Part shown: piece after piece, positions 37,505 to 50,829 of the stretch
How positions within the stretch are numbered: the stretch's first letter is position 1
Layout: the number at the start of each line of letters is the position of its first letter
Origin: Octopus bimaculoides
Lineage: Eukaryota
Reading direction: 5' to 3'
NCBI RefSeq assembly: GCF_001194135.2
Contig: NC_068982.1
Coordinates: 36,988,687-37,052,686, forward strand
DNA: 64,000 nucleotides
Notes under the pieces: model-generated
Database searches by the model: none
What the model was told of the DNA's origin: nothing
What the model saw: only the letters and a program-made list of their open reading frames with translations
Translations under genes and position numbers: made by a program

Positions 37505-38939
37505 TTCTAAACTGAAGGTCACCCTCTAGTATAAGTGGCAAATCATATAATTTATCAAAGAAAAAAAAGTGATACATGAAGAATAAAGATATTTTTTCTC
37601 CCTTAAATGCTCCTTACTACTAGAAATGTACTTAGTCCACTAATTATGTAAAATATTTTGATTATGAAACAAAGTTGCCAATTACTCAGAATACTTCATT
37701 GTAAACAATGTTGTTGATCCTATGTAGACTGCATTAAGCAATGAAGTACAGCACATGAATATATGTATCCAGCCACACCATCATGATGTACACTCTGCAT
37801 GCATATAGAATATATGTTATAAGAAAGATATCAGATTAAAAATGATTTTAAGCTTGACCAAGCGCTTGTTAATTTACCTAATTAGTTCTTGCTGGCAAAA
37901 TAAACTCATTTAGTTCCATAAAGTGAAAGCAGTGAATTTCACTTTTGGTAAAGTCATCTACTTCAGTGTTCCTACCAGTCTTCTTTCTTCTGTAATAATA
38001 TTATAAGAGTTAATTCTTCAGTGCAATATTCAAAGAGTAAGGAGGGGACACTGTCTGTACTGGTTGTTTTGTTGGTTTAGAGTGTTTGTTCTGATCTAAT
38101 GGAAGGCATAATAAGAATAGTGTCATACTATCAATTTTGTCTGATGTTACACTTACTAAAAGAAAGTGAAGTGTTGGTATATAGCATACAATACCTAAGA
38201 AAAGTTTGGTTGCTGTAACAAATAATTGATTCTTATACTACATCTTAGATTCATATTTTCACTTAGATCTAGAAATAACACGATAATTTTCACATATATT
38301 TTTTCTTCATTATTGTTTAGTTTATCTTTCAAAACAATACATATACAAAATAGATTATGTTTTATAGTCACCCAACTGTCACTGTAGTAGCCAAATTTCT
38401 TTCAAATAACTTCCTATAAACTTCTCAGTTGGAATGGCATGTAGAAAGTCAACATCTTACAATTAAATTCTCTCAGAACAGAGAGGATAACTGCAAACTA
38501 AAATGCTGATCAAACAGTAAAATTAAGACTATAAGAATATCCTTGATATTTCACTTCTGCTGAGTATGTGGAAAGATTTCTATTAGTTGATGCGTGTACT
38601 TGATTTCTGGATTAATGTCAGATCTTAAAATGATATATGATGCTATAAAGAACATGCTGAGGAATGCATGTGATGCTATTTCTAAATAATAAGTTTCTTT
38701 TATTTTTAGTGATATTCATTAAAAAGAGATACCGTGAAAGATTTCTAGGTTACAGTTATGTTTATTGTTTGATGGGTTGTAGTTGGTAGTGGGGAAGTCA
38801 AGTAAAAATTATCATTTTATTAGTAGCTCTTAGTGGAAATGTGTATGAGAATTAGTGCAAGAACTGATTATATGCTACAGCAAACCTATCTTGGCATTTC
38901 GTGGTTACTTACTATTAATGTCTCTCTTGCAACCATAAA

Positions 38940-39230
38940 ACTGTACTAAATAGGAATTAGCTTCTATCTCCCTCTACCTAACCCATGGTTTTGAGGTGCA
39001 GTCCTAATGTAGGGCTGCTGATTTATAGCCTCCTAAACCTCCTTCCACAGAAACTGTATAACCAAGGAGCTGCTTTCTTGCCTGTCTATTATTAGTTTGA
39101 AGATTAATCCCTGTGATAATCAGCAGAGAGATACATGAAACAACCTTCTCAGGGATAACAGTTGCTTATATCAACAGACTTGACTGGGACAGTGCAATGT
39201 GCGGGTGTGCACAAGAGAAACGAGTAGTAT
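38940..39230 (+). mobile_element. Probable old SINE of a further family (possibly Ceph-domain type)
   Basis: GC-richer block with GCTGCTGATTTATAGCCTCC...CCTTCTCAGGGATAACAG that resembles recalled cephalopod SINE central domains; no second clear copy in the window. Confidence 0.3.
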
Positions 39231-39552
39231 TTAATAATTTAAAATTCCCCCCTCCCCTTCATACTGTCATTATTCATTAATGATAGGTTGTGGATGATTA
39301 TAAATATAGTTGCATGTAAAAATAATTTATAGAATATATTTCACAGAACAGCGTCTTCAAAAGTTAATTTGGAGTTGTTCATTTATATATATATATAAAG
39401 TTAACCAGATGAGGGAATGCAGTGTCGATGACCTTCACAAGCCTTCCCAGATTGGCATGATGAATGCAGTCGATATTTAGTGTAAACATCTGTGGATCTG
39501 TCAACCAGAAAAAATGAGGGAGAGGAGGGAATAGATTCCAGAGGATTGCAAT

Positions 39553-41030
39553 TCTGGAGTACAATCATCATCATCATCATTTGTTGTCCATGCTGGCACG
39601 TTGGAAGGCTGCACTGGACGCCAATCTGATTTGGCATGGTCTTCTACAGTTGGATGCCCTTCCTAACGCCAACCACTCTGAGAGTGTAATGGTTGCTTTT
39701 ACGTGTCACAGACATGAGTGCCATTTGTGTGACACCAGGGTGCATTTACATGCCACCAGCACGTATGTCAATTTGCATGACACCAATATCTTTCCTTGCA
39801 GACTCATTAAAAGCAAGTGCACCATCATCCATGCAGACACATTTCTCTCTTATGACGTCACAATTTTCTCTCACACACTGTCTTGCAATCTGAAATATCT
39901 CAGTTCTTTGGTCCTCACAGTGCTGAACATAAGCAAACTTCATCTTTTCAGCTTCTCCCTTGGCTAGATACATCTGTTTCCTAGTTTCCCTTCTGGCTAT
40001 CTGATACAGTTCCCTGCTGCCCTCATTCTTCCACCACCACATTACCCTAGGTTCGGAAGGGACTCTGCACCAGCCACAGATTTAGTCTGTGGCACTCAGC
40101 AAGCTGTCTCACAGGAATTCCCAGTTACCCTCTATGTCACAAGTTTGTAGCTCCTCCCTCTCATCAATTTTCTCAATTAGGATGTCCCTAAATCTCTGAC
40201 CATATGAAGGGTCCTTAAGCTTCCAAATTCTTCTTTTCCAGATTGGTCTGCTTCTTGGCATCCTTCTGGCTTGGAGTCTAAAGTTGCTAATGACTAGTCT
40301 ATGTTGCAGGGTACTTCTTCACAAGGGAAGTTCTTTGTATTTAAGAGCAACCATGCATCCCACTGTCTGGCTTCCTGAAGTTGGTGTTGCAGATCAAAAG
40401 GGTATTTGCATCACAGAACTCCAGTAGCCTTGTTCCCTCTTTTTTGGGGAACCAATTCCATGGCCCTCATGAACACTATGGAAGACATCAGGCTGCTGTA
40501 CAACGTTCCCATTGAAATCCTCAGCCATGAAGATGAGGTCATTGTCACTCATCTTTGCGGTAGCCTGCAGAACAATGTCATAAAAGTGGTCCTTCTGTTC
40601 ATTTGGTAGGCCTGCTTGTGGGACATAGGCAGATATAATTGTAGCTATACTATTCTGCAAGACTAGCTTGAGCTTAAGTACTCTGTTGCACACTCTGACT
40701 ACCTCTATGATCTTATCCATCCATTTCTCTGCAAGAAGTATGCCCACACCACCTACTCCATCATTAGTACCTTCCCAGAAGATTTTATACCTATGTGTCT
40801 TGTCTGTGAGGAACCTGGCTGAAGCTCCTCTCCACCTTACCTCTCGGATGCAGCATACATCAACTCATCTGTGATAAATATTCAGTGCAATATCTGAGAA
40901 GAGACACAATCAGGATAAGAAGAAACAGCTCATGTGTTGTGGATGTGCCTTTGTGGATTAGGCGCATAGCTTGGTAGTTCAGAGGAAGCAGAAGCTGTTG
41001 TAGGCGTAGTAGAGAAGTAGAAAGAATAAC
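39553..41030 (-). mobile_element. Internally deleted RTE LINE: AP-endonuclease plus linker joined directly to the 3' UTR/(GAT)n tail
   Basis: Minus strand reads VDVCCIREVRWRGASARFL...GVGGVGILLAEKW...ISAYVPQ...AEDFNGNV (APE motifs, ORF 40394-40747), then linker ELYQIARRE...IFQIARQCVRENCDV...DDGALAFNESARK (ORF 39746-40042). At ~39790 it switches to the same 3' UTR seen at 17.9-18.3 kb. The 5' limit is approximate. Confidence 0.85.
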
Positions 41031-41392
41031 CAGCATATTTATGATTGGATATTTACCAATTAGTCAAATGACTTTATTTTAAATACAACCTAAGATATTT
41101 GTGTGTGTAACAGTAACACTGTCAAAAACATATAGGCAAAACAATTCAAATTATACAAGTTTAAAATTTTAAATGTTTAAAAGAAAAACTTACTTCTTTC
41201 TTCATCCAAGAATTTGAAAACAAATTTCAAAATAGAAGAAAAAATATGTGAATTTTCAACCAATATTTATGGATTGCTGAAGAAAGATTACAAAATAAGA
41301 TGGATGTTATATTATTTTTAATAAAAAAAAATGAATGTTATAGCAATTTGTTAAGAGGTAATACTTATTGCAAATGGTTGTTACACAAGAAT

Positions 41393-41431
<39 letters not shown>

Positions 41432-41887
41432 GATAGTTTGATATTACCCTGTACTTATGTTAGAAATCAATATTGCTCAGGAAAACTTATGATTGAAAGC
41501 CCACGTTAATGCTTAGGTTCAGCACTCTAATGTTATATCCCAGCTATCTGGTACTATAGAATATTGTGTGAAGGTCAGTACACTTTTCCCTGTGATGCTT
41601 CCTAATTTGTTTTCGTACGATCAAGTCTGTAGGTAGTGGTCAGAGCAGAAGATAGTTCAACTCTTAATTTCTTGGAATTTGTCAATAATCATCAATGCAG
41701 CAGGGCATTTGTGCCAAGTAAAATAATTGGTTTCACAGCTGGACATGTAATTTGTTTACATGATCCAGGCAAGTGAAGTGCTGATTCTAGAATGCTTTCA
41801 CATTTTCAGTGTTATTTATGCATCTCAGTGGTTGTGTAGTTATAGACATGTAGTTTCAGGGACTAAATGAGTTCACAGATTATTTTT

Positions 41888-42110
41888 GTGGTTGTTGTTG
41901 TTGTTGTTTAGCCCCAAGACAACTTTGATCGAGTAAACCACTGGTCAAAAGCATCCCAAGCCTTAGCCATTTGTTTTTGTATATCTAAGACTACTTTGTT
42001 GATGTATCTTCAATTTTCTTCTCTTTTGTAACCATAAGGTGTGATTTGCGAAACATTTTTCTGCTGTTTTAGCAGATTAAGCAATCATACAGGGGTTTCT
42101 ATGTTGGTTT
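41888..42110 (-). mobile_element. SINE-like family C with an (AAC)n tail
   Basis: (GTT)n TTTAGCCCCAAG...AAGGTGTGATTTG...CTGCTGTTTTAGCAG...CATACAGGGG. Confidence 0.6.
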
Positions 42111-43427
42111 AATAACATTTTTGATTTGCTGCATAATGTGGTGGATTCTACTTTAGATGGTTTGAAACTACCTTAATTTCTTTGCATGATTTGTTGAAGA
42201 ACTGCAGACTAAATATATGACATAGAAAAGTAGGCTTGTCTTAAAAAACATAATGATTAAAATTAAAGTTGTAGAGGACCTACTAAACTCTGTGTGTGTG
42301 TGTGTCTGATATTCTATATTCCTTGGAAGGAAATTGGTAGGAAATGCTTCCACATAAAAGTGTTGTAGGGTTTCTAGAAATGAGACAAAGAAATACAATT
42401 TATCATACTTCTGATGCATAAGAGTATTTGGCAGCAAAAGTAACTGTAAAGGAAAGCTGATTAACTGCTTAAGTGGCATTTTGGAATTATTACATGGTAT
42501 AATTAGTTGGCTCTAATAAAAGTATAATGGTTGGACACAGAGGTTTTATTATCTTTGAATGAAACAGTTTTTTTTTTCTGTGTGCAAAAGGTAAACTATA
42601 TAAAATTTGTAACTGGTGGGATGAAGAAATACATGTTATAAATATAGGCAGTTTAAGGATACCATGTCACTACCGAGTTACAAAAACAGTAATTTATCAT
42701 CGAGTGCAATGTGGCAGTTTGTTCCCCACCACACTGTCCAGTTTGATTTTTTATAAGTTCTGGTTGTGGTCGCTCTCTGAGGAAATCACTAGTTGACCCT
42801 CTGCACCTGCCATTACTATTCCTTCTTAGGACAGTGTTTAAGGCTACTGAAGTTATTGATGACAGTTAATATCTTGAATAGTGAGGATTTTTTTTTTCAT
42901 TAATTGTAAGTTTGTCTAACTTGAGCAGAGATAGACCAAAACTTACAATAAGAAAGTCAGGCATTTAACTTAATTAGTAATTACTTCTGGAATTTGTCTT
43001 TATAAATATCTAATTAGAATAATTTCCGCTATAAATTGAAAATATACAATTTTGATTTCCTATTTCATACCACTTTCATTATTAATATGTTGCTATGTTT
43101 TGGGGGATTTTTTTTAATATGTTTTATAGATTTCCATTTTGAAAGATTATATTTTCATTTATCCATTGATAACTTTTGACTTTTCTAATCATATACTCTT
43201 TAAGAATGATGATAAAGAACATTATTTTCATGAGTGTTGAATGGTTGCCAATGCAGAGAGAAACTAAGTTTATGGTCATATAACAAGAATAAGTAATGAA
43301 ATAGATATTAGCAAATACTATGGATGGAAGTTGAGGCCATGATGTTTGGAAATAATTAATGGAAGATTAAGTATTTTGGGTGATGGTTAATCATTATTAA
43401 TTAACACAGTTGAAAGTTAAAAATAAG

Positions 43428-43735
43428 TAGGCATGGCTGTGTGATAAGAAGTTTACTTCCCAGTTATAAAGTCTTTGGTTCAGTCCAACTGCACAGCATG
43501 TTGGGCAAGTATCTTCCTCTATAACTCAAGTCAACCAAAGCCTTGTGAGTGGATTTGGTAGATAGAAAGCCAATCATGTGTCTGTGTGTTGGTTTGTTAA
43601 TGCCCCCTTAACTTAATGGTTTGGCGAAAAGACACCAATAGAATAAGTACTGGGGTTGATTCATTTGAGTAAACCCTTCAGGGTCATCTTCCAGTGTGGC
43701 CACAGTCAAAACACTGAACAAAATAAAAGATAAAA
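43428..43735 (+). mobile_element. SINE family A
   Basis: GTAGGCATGGCTGTGTGATAAGAAG...TTGGGCAAGTATCTTC...CCAAAGCCTTGTGAGTGGATTTGGTAG...TGGCCACAGTCAAAACACTGAAC. Confidence 0.75.
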
Positions 43736-43890
43736 AATACAAAACTTTTGAATTCAAGATAGGAGCTGTAAACCACATAAAAGGATCATCTAGAGGGTTA
43801 TGATGTAGAAATTTATCTTATCCATATGTCAGAATAGAAATTAAAATAAGTTTTGCTGTGTAGTATATTATATCTTAGACATTAACTTTT

Positions 43891-44038
43891 AGTGGTTGGC
43901 ATTAGGAAGGGCATCCAGTTGTAGAAACTCTGCAAATCAGATTGGAGCCTGGTGTAGCCATCTGGTTGCACCAGTCCTCACTCAAATCGTCCAACCCATG
44001 CTAGCATGGAAAGCGGACGTCAAATGATGATGATGATG
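43891..44038 (+). mobile_element. RTE 3'-tail fragment, (GAT)n end
   Basis: AGTGGTTGGCATTAGGAAGGGCATCCAG...CATGCTAGCATGGAAAGCGGACGTCAAATGATGATG. Confidence 0.85.
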
Positions 44039-44371
44039 GTTTGAATAAGCAACAAAATCTACAGTTTCTTTTGTATCATTTCCTATTTTAGAATATTTTG
44101 TATCAAAGACGGTAGGCCAACTACATTAGTAATAGAATTTTTGAGTTTCATCTTAAAGTACTTCAAAAATTATGAATCTATTTTCTCTTTGCTGGATGCT
44201 ATTGTAGCTAGACAATTGAATGTTAAATTAATTAATTCTTCTATTATTGTTGCACTGGTAAACTGTCAGCACAGTATCAAGAGTGATCTCTTAACATTTT
44301 ACTAGCACTATCTTTCACTCAGTATAATTTCTGATTATCCTCAGATACATATTTTACGCACAACTCAATGT

Positions 44372-44405
<34 letters not shown>

Positions 44406-44664
44406 TTACACACTTGAAGTTTAAATTCATTCATGAACCTGTGTTACAAATGGTAAGATACCCATAATACTTAAACTGAGTGAGATATTACTTGGAAACA
44501 ATGATAAATGTTCTAGTGAAAATATAATGCAGTTAATATTTTGATATGTAGGTGAGGCATTTCATTTTAGGGAGCTGTATGACAGAATTGTCACATCAAT
44601 GTGTCTGATGTAGGAATCTGAAAGATTCATGGCTCCACCTATTTAACCTATATATAGGTGTAAT

Positions 44665-44940
44665 TATGGAAGTGTGGTTCAGAAGTTCACTTTACAACAA
44701 CATGGTTTCAAACTCAATCTCAATGCAAGGGACATTGGTGATATGTCTTCTAGAATAGCTTTTAGGAGACAGAAGCATTATGTTTTATCCTTTTATGTTC
44801 TGTAACTTGGTGGTTTTAAAAATAGAGACTGATAAAATAAGCATCACTCTGAAATACGTAGTGATATCTATATGATCAACTAAAACTCCTGATAGCAGTG
44901 TCTCTGTGTGGCCATAGGACAATAACTGAAACCATTTAAA
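44665..44940 (+). mobile_element. Older SINE family A copy
   Basis: Diverged copy with the same head and the ...TAACTGAAACC tail. Confidence 0.55.
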
Positions 44941-46099
44941 ATATGAAAGTGTAAAAGAGTTTAAGAATATTTAAAAAAAAAAAATTTAATTGAAGTTGTG
45001 CCTTGGAGCTGTGCAAGATGTTGCTATCTCAGGATTTTGCATCATCTTAATACAAAAAGCAATAATGAAAATAAAACTACTAATAGTAAGAGCAATATTT
45101 TGTAATTTGGATTTTTGTTGAAGGAGTGTATCTCCCTTAAAATGTCTGAAATGCTTTTGAAATTTACTCTTGCTTTACCCCTATGTATAAAAACTGAATA
45201 AATTTTACATGTGTTTAATTAGATGTTTGCATAAGTATTTTACTGTTGGATATTTTGTGAATCAAAGTGTAAGGGTATTTTCCACTGGGTTGACTAAGGC
45301 AATGAAAAGTATGTGCTTTAATTGAGCACAAACTGCCACTTTCAGTCTTTTAATTTATATGCCTGGAATTTACCTCATTAATTACTGAGTCACACTATAT
45401 AATATATATATATATCTTTAAAACTTATTCATTATTATGATAATCACCACTGTCATCATATGAAATAGTTATTTCTGCCTTTTATATAAAGCAAATTGAT
45501 ATTTTTTTAATTACAAATATTTAAACTAAGATTACATATAAAAAATATTTTTTGTTTTTTGTAATTTTTGCTACATATATATTTTTAAAAAAAAGCAATT
45601 TCTTTGGTTTTGCTTTTTAACTATCTTCTATACTCACCCACCCTCATCTCATAAACATACATAGACATACACACAATGTGTGAATGTCTGTATGTAATTT
45701 TATTATTTCTGCTTTAAGGAATTAATATATTTGTGAATATTGAAAAAAAATATATATATTTAGAAGTATATTACAAATTTTTAACCTGCAATGCTTTCAA
45801 GAAAGTTGTTCTTCTGTAAAATAGAAAAAAAAGTTGTTGAAAACAAAAAAGTATTTTATGAGAATCTATGTTTTGTTTTGTTTTCATCTATTGAATTATT
45901 CATCAAACCAATAAATAAAGCAAATAAAAGTAAAATATTAGAATATTGATTTGAAGTATTGATCCATTGATCATATCACTACCATTTCTCATTTAATCTA
46001 AGCAATAACTTAATGTTAATGTCTGAGTGGATAAGTGTTATTGAAGTCCCTTCATTTTACAATTCAATTTATTGTAATAAAACTGTCCTTTAAGTAGAA

Positions 46100-47300
46100 A
46101 TAGCTATAAAAATATCATTACATATGAGGTTCAATAGCAGGAATACTTAAATGTATATTCAAAGAGGAAGATCATCTCTGTTTCAGTTCTTGTTTGAAAT
46201 ACTTTTAAGAAATAATTCTGTTGAGACGTAAGCATAGAGTTCAGCTCAATCCCTATTACACAATAGGCAAAAGATCCTTCTAAAAAAAGAAAGCAGATAC
46301 CAGGTGCTTTAGTAGAAAATCTGAGCTTGAATGAACAAAGATATATTTGTCTTATCAGCATATATACAATGTCAGGCCCTCATCATTATTATCTTGGTCA
46401 TAAACTTATCAGTTGCCCAGTTTAACATTACCATATAGTCCTTTAGTGAATCCTATCTGTTATAGGTATTCAGACCAGATACCCAGTTTAAGGAATCTTT
46501 TCCTTTTCCCATTCATAGACTTGGTGGCCCTGTAAATAATGTTTAGATGGATCTTCAGAAGTGATATAATTTTCTTTTCTCTCATTTGGAGAAATTGCTG
46601 GAAAAAATGTTTTTCTTTTTGTTTAATCAAGAACTCAAAATCTTTTAAATTTGTAATAAACATTATCATTTTCTAATATTTAACATTAATTTTTTCCCCC
46701 CAATATTTATCACTCCTATCCTATAATCAGCATGCCACTTACTACATTTTCACATTTTGCAGAGAGAAACAAAACTTGTTATTGCCAGTAGATGTAACAG
46801 CACCCTAAACTTCTTATATCATTTCTCTGCATTTGCTACTGTGCTTTTTAATGCCAATTCCTCTAGCATCCAGGCAGCTGAAACTATCTTTAGGCAAACC
46901 TTTTGGTACCTTTGCTGTTGCCTTTTTTTTTTTAATTGTTTATCTTTTTTTTTTTACCATTCAATTGGTACATCTAAATCCTAGCTCTCTCCAATCTGTT
47001 TGTACCTATTGATTTATTGAACTGAGCATATAGCACCAAGTTCTAATTTCTTTCTTATTTATTGAAAATTAAGTCATTTTTTTTAGTAAGGTTATTTCCC
47101 CCCAATTCTGCAAATTTGTTCTTTGGTCTCTGCTATATTTGCTTATTGGCTTTTGATTTTAGGCCACTACATTACCTATCTTTAGTCTGGATGTAACAAT
47201 TCTTCATATATATACTACTTAAATAAATTATATAGTCAATTTTATGCAAGGTGTATATCTACATTCCAATGACTAGAGTTATTACCTGCCTGATAATAGC
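46100..47300 (-). mobile_element. Highly decayed LINE endonuclease-like remnant
   Basis: Minus-strand ARGIGIKK... and LIIG*... segments resemble APE motifs (RG.AI.IK, IIGDFN). Very degenerate. Confidence 0.3.
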
Positions 47301-50300
47301 TCTAATCCTAGAAATGTATATATGGTAATATTATTTCTGTATTGTAGAAAATGAATATTTAAACTTTATTACAGAATTCTTTGTTATGATTGTGTAGTTT
47401 CACTTACTACTAAATGAAGGAAAATGTTGAAAACAGACTCTATGGAATAACAGACATTTGAAATGTTCTACTTATAAGACTTAGTCATTCACAAATGATA
47501 TTTTTTCTGGGTCATGCAGGATCAGTACTGTTTTTGCTTCATGAATAAATTCTAACTTGGAGATTATTTGAAACAAATAAAATTTCGTAGATATTTTGGT
47601 AAACATCAGTTCATCTCATGCATGTAATTTATAAATCCACCAAAAGCAGAAATACAAATACATGCAGATATCTTTTGTTCTTATAGGAGATATTTGGTAA
47701 AATAACCATTTTCCTTTCACTTTTTTTGTGTTGTAAGTTTGAATAATTTTTATTAATTTTTATCTTTAACTAGCTTCATTCTGGGGAGATAAATAAACAA
47801 ACTGCTAGTTAAGACTGTGATAAATTGTTCAGTCTGTGTGTTAACTTACTGTGGTTTAATTCTATATGCAAAAGTTTAAGTGGTTAAATGGTATAAAATT
47901 GTATAATCTTTTACCAAGATAGATTGATTCCTTCCAAGAATGCCTAATTTTATATATAAAAAAAAAAAATCACTTATGGTTTTCTGATTGTGAATTATCA
48001 GTACCAGTAGCAAATATTTTTATAACATCTACTTTGTTGACTCTAAGTGCTAAGTTCAAATTCTTCCAGGTCAAACCCCTTGTACTATCTTCATTAACCT
48101 GTCTCAATGACTGTAATAGCAATGTTTCTGTTGATGATGATGGAGTTTTCTCAGTTTTCTAGTTCTACTATTGTTGTTTTATAGAATTTTATTTGTGTAA
48201 GGCTCTTTGTTCATTGTGTTACATTGAAGATACATTTTTTTCTTTATCAATCATTTCAAAATAGCTTCAGAACACCAACAGTAAATATGCGTTCATATCA
48301 AAGCTTTCCTTTTAAAAAAAAAAATTAACTTCCAGCTTTAGATGCTTTTATAGCAAATCTTTTGACATAAATATTAGTAAAAAGTAGTAGAGAACTTATG
48401 TGATATTTTTATAATTTCATTGAGTATTTTAATCTGACTCATTTACTCTTTAGATATTTTGCAGGGTTTATTGTAGTTCCTTGGTATTCATGCCTACAAG
48501 TGGTAGCAAAATACTTTGTTATGATTTAATTGAAAAATATTTTGATGCTTTCTCTTTGCTGGATGCTATTGCATCTAGACAAATCTAATCATACGTGCAT
48601 TTTAGTGATTCCATCTACAATTTGCATTTTCCCCCAGTTTCCTATTTTTATGTACTTCAACCCTTTTGTATTCAGATTATTCTGTCAACTGTAATGCTTA
48701 TTTATCCACATTGTTTTGAATTAATCATGCATTACTTGTAGCTTTGAAATTTTGATGATGTGATTGTATATTTTTAGAATGGCATTGTAGGGTATGTGTG
48801 AGAGATTGGGTCTTGCCAGTTTAAACATAAAACAGAATATTTGGACTGAGTATAGCTGGTTTAAATACTAAAGGGTTAAGGTCACACATAAACGTAGCCG
48901 ATTCTTGTTTGTAAATTAGATACATGTGTTACATATGAAATACAGATTGAAAATATTTTCTTGAATACATAAAGTTATGTACTTTGCTATTCGTCACAGG
49001 TTGCATAGTTAAAGTACTGAACTATATCATGTACTGTGTCTCTAAACTTGATACATAACTCGACTTGCTCCATTTGGCCTGACTGCAAAAACAGGGTTCC
49101 ATTTTTCATGTTTGAGTGGTTAGCAGTAAGAAAGGTACACAGCTGTGAAAATTACTCCAACAGAAACCAACCAATCCACCCAGCCATGTTGGCACTAAAT
49201 GGTTATATAAATAACATGGTACTGCTGTTATATTGCTTTAATATCTGAACGACAGTGTTAGATGTAATGGGGATGGTAATAGCCAATATTGCTACTACCA
49301 GTGCTACTGGCACAGCTGATAAGTTAGTCAATATTTATAACATTAAAAGATTTGAGTTAATTTTAAATTTCTCCTATGCTAAGACATATTAATAAAAATA
49401 AAGAAAAAGATCTTTGAGTTTTACTGTAACAGAACAGGCTTTGTCTCTCACTCTAAAAAGAGATTTTTAGTTCTTATGAGTGATTTCTTGCAATTTTCTT
49501 GTTTTTTTTTTTCTTTTCATTTATATTTTGTGTTTTATGATAAGCACAGTTCATTTGAACATCAGTTTATCCATTGGTGCTTGAGAACTTAAAAAACACT
49601 GTACTAGATCTGAAATATAGTTTATCTCCCAAACTATTTTCCTTATAGAAAAGGTTTATTCAAATGTTTTATTTGATCTGGAAAGATTAAAAACTTGTTC
49701 ATCTTCATATAGTTATCATTTTAAGCTGGGTGATATGAAAATACAAATAGAGGTCATATGAAAGTACAACTAGAGATGTTAAGAAAGTGAGGAGAAAACA
49801 TAGCTAAGTAATAAAATATATGAGATATTCAAAGATTTTCACTTGCAAAAATGTGTGAAGTTTTTTGAGTAATGATTAGGTGATTTTAAATCCATTTTTT
49901 ATCTGTTCTTACAATACAGCTGATACGTTGTATCAGTAGGAATAAAACTAGAAGGAAGTAAGACTCAGAGCAACAATATGAAACCAGTTATACCAGGCAT
50001 ATGTATATTGAAAATATTTAACATTTGTGTCTGCAGATATACAAATAACAAGATATCTCAACTGAGATTTATTTAGAAAGAACTGTTATTAGTAAGTACA
50101 GATGCTTGAGACTTAACAACCATGTAGATTTGGCAATCTTTCAGAACTTTACATTGGGAAATCATGCAGACATAACAAAACGGAATGATGAAAGATAATA
50201 GTGTTCACTCCCAATTTGTTATGACTAAATTTAATTCTGACCATTTGATATTTGCTGGACTGGAAATTTATGAATATTCAGAAATGAAATCTGATTGCAG

Positions 50301-50829
50301 TTGACATGAAATCAGCAAAATATTTAACTTTTATATTTCTGTTAAACTTGGAGAAGGGGAGGAAGAAAGATATGCATATTTACATCATTTTCAACTAGTA
50401 TTCTTTAAAACAATGTTGATTAGTTATATTTATCTATCGCTAATGTTTGCTATTAATTTGAAATTCCACTCTCGTGAATTTAAAACTTGAGGTAAAATAA
50501 AATTTAAACTATTATGTCCTACTCTTATTAATCAACATGACTTAATTATAAGTGTATGAATTTCATTGATATAATATTAATTTTTACACAACATTGTTTT
50601 ATATGAGAACTTATGCAATTAGACCCTTTTTAAGTTCTATTTTTGTGTATGAAGCTTTAGTTTATATGGAAAGGGAATGAGCAAACATTTTTGCCTTTCT
50701 CATCAGGATTGGAAGAAAAGTGATGTTGCTATACTTGGGAATCAAAAGCTGATTACAGATTTGTTTAGTGATCAAACATGAATTTTAAAATGTAAAATTC
50801 ATGATAATTTTGTTTCCTGTTGTATTTGG

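Noticed and set aside
6337-44940. tRNA genes suggested by A/B-box-like motifs
   Set aside because: All belong to SINE heads with SINE bodies and tails, and none folds into a complete cloverleaf.
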